NCBI GenBank assembly: GCA_048938005.1
Contig: JBHLMQ010000008.1
Span: forward strand, 17,509 to 81,508
Origin: Promethearchaeota archaeon
Lineage (GTDB): Archaea; Asgardarchaeota; Lokiarchaeia; Sigyniarchaeales; SOKP01
Reading direction: 5' to 3'
DNA: 64,000 nt
The notes below the pieces were generated by a model, which saw only the letters and a program-made list of their open reading frames with translations, ran no database searches and had not been told where the DNA came from. How positions within the stretch are numbered: position 1 is the first letter of the stretch; each line of letters starts with the position of its first letter. Positions 62,801 to 64,000 of the stretch are shown in pieces. Position numbers and translations under genes: made by a program.

Positions 62801-63114
62801 CTTTAAGATTATTGAGGACTGCGATTGTTACAAGACAAGATCTTGAAAAACTTAGAAAGAAGGGAGTTGATGATATTTATGGTGTTTTGAAATTACTTTG
62901 GGACAATAAAATGATTAAAGTTTTCCATGATGATAAAGATAATGAATATTATGCACTTCTTTCTGATTTCTATATTGATTTTATCTTTCCAAAGTATCTT
63001 TTAAAAGCTGTTAAAACAGCATATGAGCAAAAATCAAAAGTTAATAAAGTACTTGTTGAATATCTTAAAATTCTTGAAATTACATATCTCGATTTAAAAG
63101 CATTGGAAAAATAA
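56863..63114 (+). CDS. Giant single-pass receptor-like protein: DUF2341-like + LamG/ConA + Ig-like ectodomain, TM, cytoplasmic uDENN/longin + wHTH domain
   Basis: NFPVLISI...DGDDIAF...AWVRIP...MFYGN (DUF2341-like); GVWHL...WYHVAIT...FDGTIDEFRLS (LamG); TM FYFLVIVIGILGIVGSLVAY; KIPTFVKKVR; GLVLMKWDEKIGTNIIAKYP. Confidence 0.8.
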   Translation: MKINKKYDRKSKNKIKFLAILLFTLILTTTINIQLFTIFGRNTSKNIVKDPMEKLSLSTPSNNLPNADYFNYYKVITIDHTKVNGSDHHNFPVLISIIDSDLDDKTQFDGDDIAFANNTTWLDHEIELYNPSYSATQAQLIAWVRIPLLSTSSDTIIFMFYGNSTMGSQENPTGVWNTNYKGVWHLKEDPGPGIPGDIKDSTSNSNHGTAISMGSSDQEPGQIDGSLNFDGNADPDYVNINNIGPGIKTIEFWMNPNTLGSSDSYNTGYRSPSATGYDYDEWTNPQDAYSSNNIRASESTNYDDQDWYNFNFNIPAEATIDGILVSIEAHTSQQYQSTGCRVRLSGNGGIRYTSYKSQSWYSTIDSYRSVGGSSDTWGESWSPSNFSNSNFRVWLEKTGSTYYTLSVDHIRIIVYYSILSDIPIIDLNGTTQISIDANSGEIKTLSFPGATNIYVNGVNSSTVTAGEWYHVAITDTVGIISSTLDIARNASSYFDGTIDEFRLSNVERSEDWITAEYNNQKDPGNFFSVGGEETPLTDLQVNATDLYGNPIPNVNISLYKNNDLIRSDIAEANGSVIFEDLISIEDKYNFTVSMTSNILPYKSITINRTTEAILIEGAFQTINLICNISRNIFNVVDNDGVPLDSGWIIVGNSSDPIQNCTIDNSGHATFRWLNTSPYQYNYTVWYQDFNYNPKKIIIASGDIFTPNFDVNVTAILTTVNFTVLTYDYPYTPVNGAKLILDKLSPVENIVNLTTNLNGKATLRWVNSSGINSNYSLRVSFYGQFWDFEIPGMTGVVGKTNFTVKAEITYNISIHFAPTELEKLETKLVSLNPTNNIIVEWGSKIKLRALLNVTKVPSGPEYKDLLGPTYADSMKYQIFEDTTLIQSNIMSPEDDYIGRHQVEIETDELEIETIYTLKISAQKSGYVLPPDVIMFLYLNENELILNQSQNDDSSQSVYWQESVEMSVKPYGIISEFSTFEYNIYDINYDTPFKFSIPDISNDWNLSQITFNIYDIIWNAPPDDINITIAVNGYGILEVFNISNHDGHDYAQGIWTGIELNIDKSSPTGDNSFEFSIGGTFSGNIDIIADALFIRDKINVQYSRFNITETISLLTAAEGWAIKNITFELYNCFNTSNWTPINPLSDINLNISTNEGIKYAMDSGSSGYGKLIIDDRIIYPLDNQFLFTVESNPDVMFDVIIKVEYIQEFQQNQYLETIYISKTEYNNGGTFQVRVDEKDWIEDSTKLLISEIYDGENYLLPSEVAMNITIGGTSYNVSDVILGQGIFSLENLDKDTIYQAVISTNKPTIFNLNFTIDYSRMEIYETKGIVTYIIEKSAIFGTVQYNEDLECYLQPINTTILDTIDYTIRFTVIKQNYASAIKDLDLTVLDRLTLINGSSGFFRKPENIYIGDAINFSFVYTDLLNGTKITDLTAQYYIWEKYDIDGNVIASGQGTLVTTTDQLHVLDFDTENLTLGEYLLIATIGKKNYEYKNAIISLTVNKRTIIPLLNDGINQINVKKGVTATLRLELTDPTRGDIPLQNATVLLTIMGRDYEFEESEPGIYIFNFHTGNIDTFFNPKTFIGKINISKEDYKSEELTITIVVGMDEIFPGIPTFYFLVIVIGILGIVGSLVAYRAYKHAKIPTFVKKVRAMKKTIDGEKPISEEILYRDKEVFIGEIIKNKWKAIGLSIEDIFSINLEKEKKEQKIQKKISESVREHDKKPLGLVLMKWDEKIGTNIIAKYPEDLKITTKSLMQVYSTHEYSGEQGVITLITESLNIISYYTGPESGYYLLLLLNLDDDPDVYEAGMADNVRIILENLKDESYLQLIPSLFQRLSVYPSLSEEEILISHYQNGIKRTIINILREEGVISKSELDIWLKDKFIGGFFDIDAILMDLIKMEIIKVASIKGLPSELIFLIKDLYMLRIPPIKLLDNLVNRGLPSQFAKEYLNNIKEFFQDYHPTEEDNLKIINALINPQVFETLRLLRTAIVTRQDLEKLRKKGVDDIYGVLKLLWDNKMIKVFHDDKDNEYYALLSDFYIDFIFPKYLLKAVKTAYEQKSKVNKVLVEYLKILEITYLDLKALEK

Positions 63115-63245
63115 TAAAAATTCTTAAAAACTACAATTTTTTTCTATTTTTTTTGAAAGTTTAATATATCCAACCTCGTGCAGAGTCTTCATCAAATAAC
63201 TTCCCATAAAGGTTTTTTTTATTTGATTCATTATTATGGATTTTT

Positions 63246-64000
63246 TTAGTCGCAATCTTCAGCTTGCTGGAGATTAATTTTTATGAAAGCTTCTTCTTGT
63301 AAATTTCGTTGCTCTGATTTCACAGATCTATTCACTTGATGTAAGTGTTTCATAGCATTGATTTTTCCCTCTTTAATGTTATCAATTAGTTCCTCTTTGC
63401 TAAAACCACCAGAAATAACGAGAGCAGTTTGAAAAGTGTGCTCAGGTTCTATAGTCATAAATTCAATCTGTAACGCAGATAAAATTTCTCCTGGTTCTCC
63501 ATATAAAATATTCGAAAGATTCATTCTATTTTGATCAATGTGAAAATCTTTTGTTAAGCATGTCTCGTAGTTTGTTGATTTAGAAATGGGAGAAAATCCA
63601 CCATGTAAACCAGTATCATCATATTGGTAAATAATATCGTTTTCTTTGTCATAACCAGATAGATCATTATCAAAACCTTCAAGTCCATTTATATCAAAAT
63701 CAAAAACAAAATACATTGAAAAATCTTTCAAGGCAAAATCCGAAATATTTTTTATAGTAAAGAAAGTATTGATATATGGTACTTTAGGCGGATTGAAAAT
63801 GTCTTTGTACACACGAACAAATTGTTTTTTTTCTAACCCTATTGATTTTAATTTATTTTCCCGCTCCAATTTCTTTAGATACTCCGTAATATTGAAATCT
63901 AACGTAATTCTACTTATAGCAGTACCAGTACGAGTATTAACCATATTATATATTGGTGTTGGTTCGATATTTTTTAGAATCACTGGAATTGTACCAATTT
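63246..64000 (-). CDS. Hypothetical protein, 5'-partial at window edge
   Basis: Frame remains open upstream of 63983 to the window end; FDFDING motif; function not recognised. Confidence 0.6.
   Translation of the reverse strand, partial: IGTIPVILKNIEPTPIYNMVNTRTGTAISRITLDFNITEYLKKLERENKLKSIGLEKKQFVRVYKDIFNPPKVPYINTFFTIKNISDFALKDFSMYFVFDFDINGLEGFDNDLSGYDKENDIIYQYDDTGLHGGFSPISKSTNYETCLTKDFHIDQNRMNLSNILYGEPGEILSALQIEFMTIEPEHTFQTALVISGGFSKEELIDNIKEGKINAMKHLHQVNRSVKSEQRNLQEEAFIKINLQQAEDCD

Overview
A strongly AT-rich archaeal chromosomal window. It is most likely Asgard (Lokiarchaeia/Promethearchaeota), judged from roadblock, longin/uDENN-like, Rab/Arf-like GTPase and ubiquitin-like proteins and an IPGY-type C-terminal sorting signal. 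I saw no rRNA, tRNA, CRISPR array or transposase. The central block (34.0-47.5 kb) is an isoprenoid cluster: uppS, HMG-CoA synthase, ubiX, HMG-CoA reductase, UbiD, AcnX large and small subunits, MvaD-like decarboxylase, mevalonate kinase, an IPK-IDI2 fusion and a GGPP synthase. Main findings: (1) The mevalonate kinase gene is interrupted inside its GKxILFGE|H motif by a 31-nt insert. It folds as a bulge-helix-bulge whose predicted cut sites restore the motif exactly, so it is a candidate archaeal mRNA intron, and it may derive from a small palindromic repeat. (2) A giant single-pass surface protein carries a cytoplasmic uDENN/longin + winged-helix (NPRL2-like) domain. The same architecture occurs split over two abutting genes elsewhere in the window, and the fused gene is divergent from a longin-GTPase-roadblock-Rab gene. 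(3) A carboxylate-amine ligase (GCS2/PafA superfamily) lies directly upstream of a ubiquitin-like fusion ending in Gly. (4) A wHTH-TPR regulator is divergent from two small genes with similar C-termini, with a site-2 protease and an MFS exporter nearby and 18-bp operator-like arrays at two promoters. All functional assignments come from motif recognition by eye; no searches were run.
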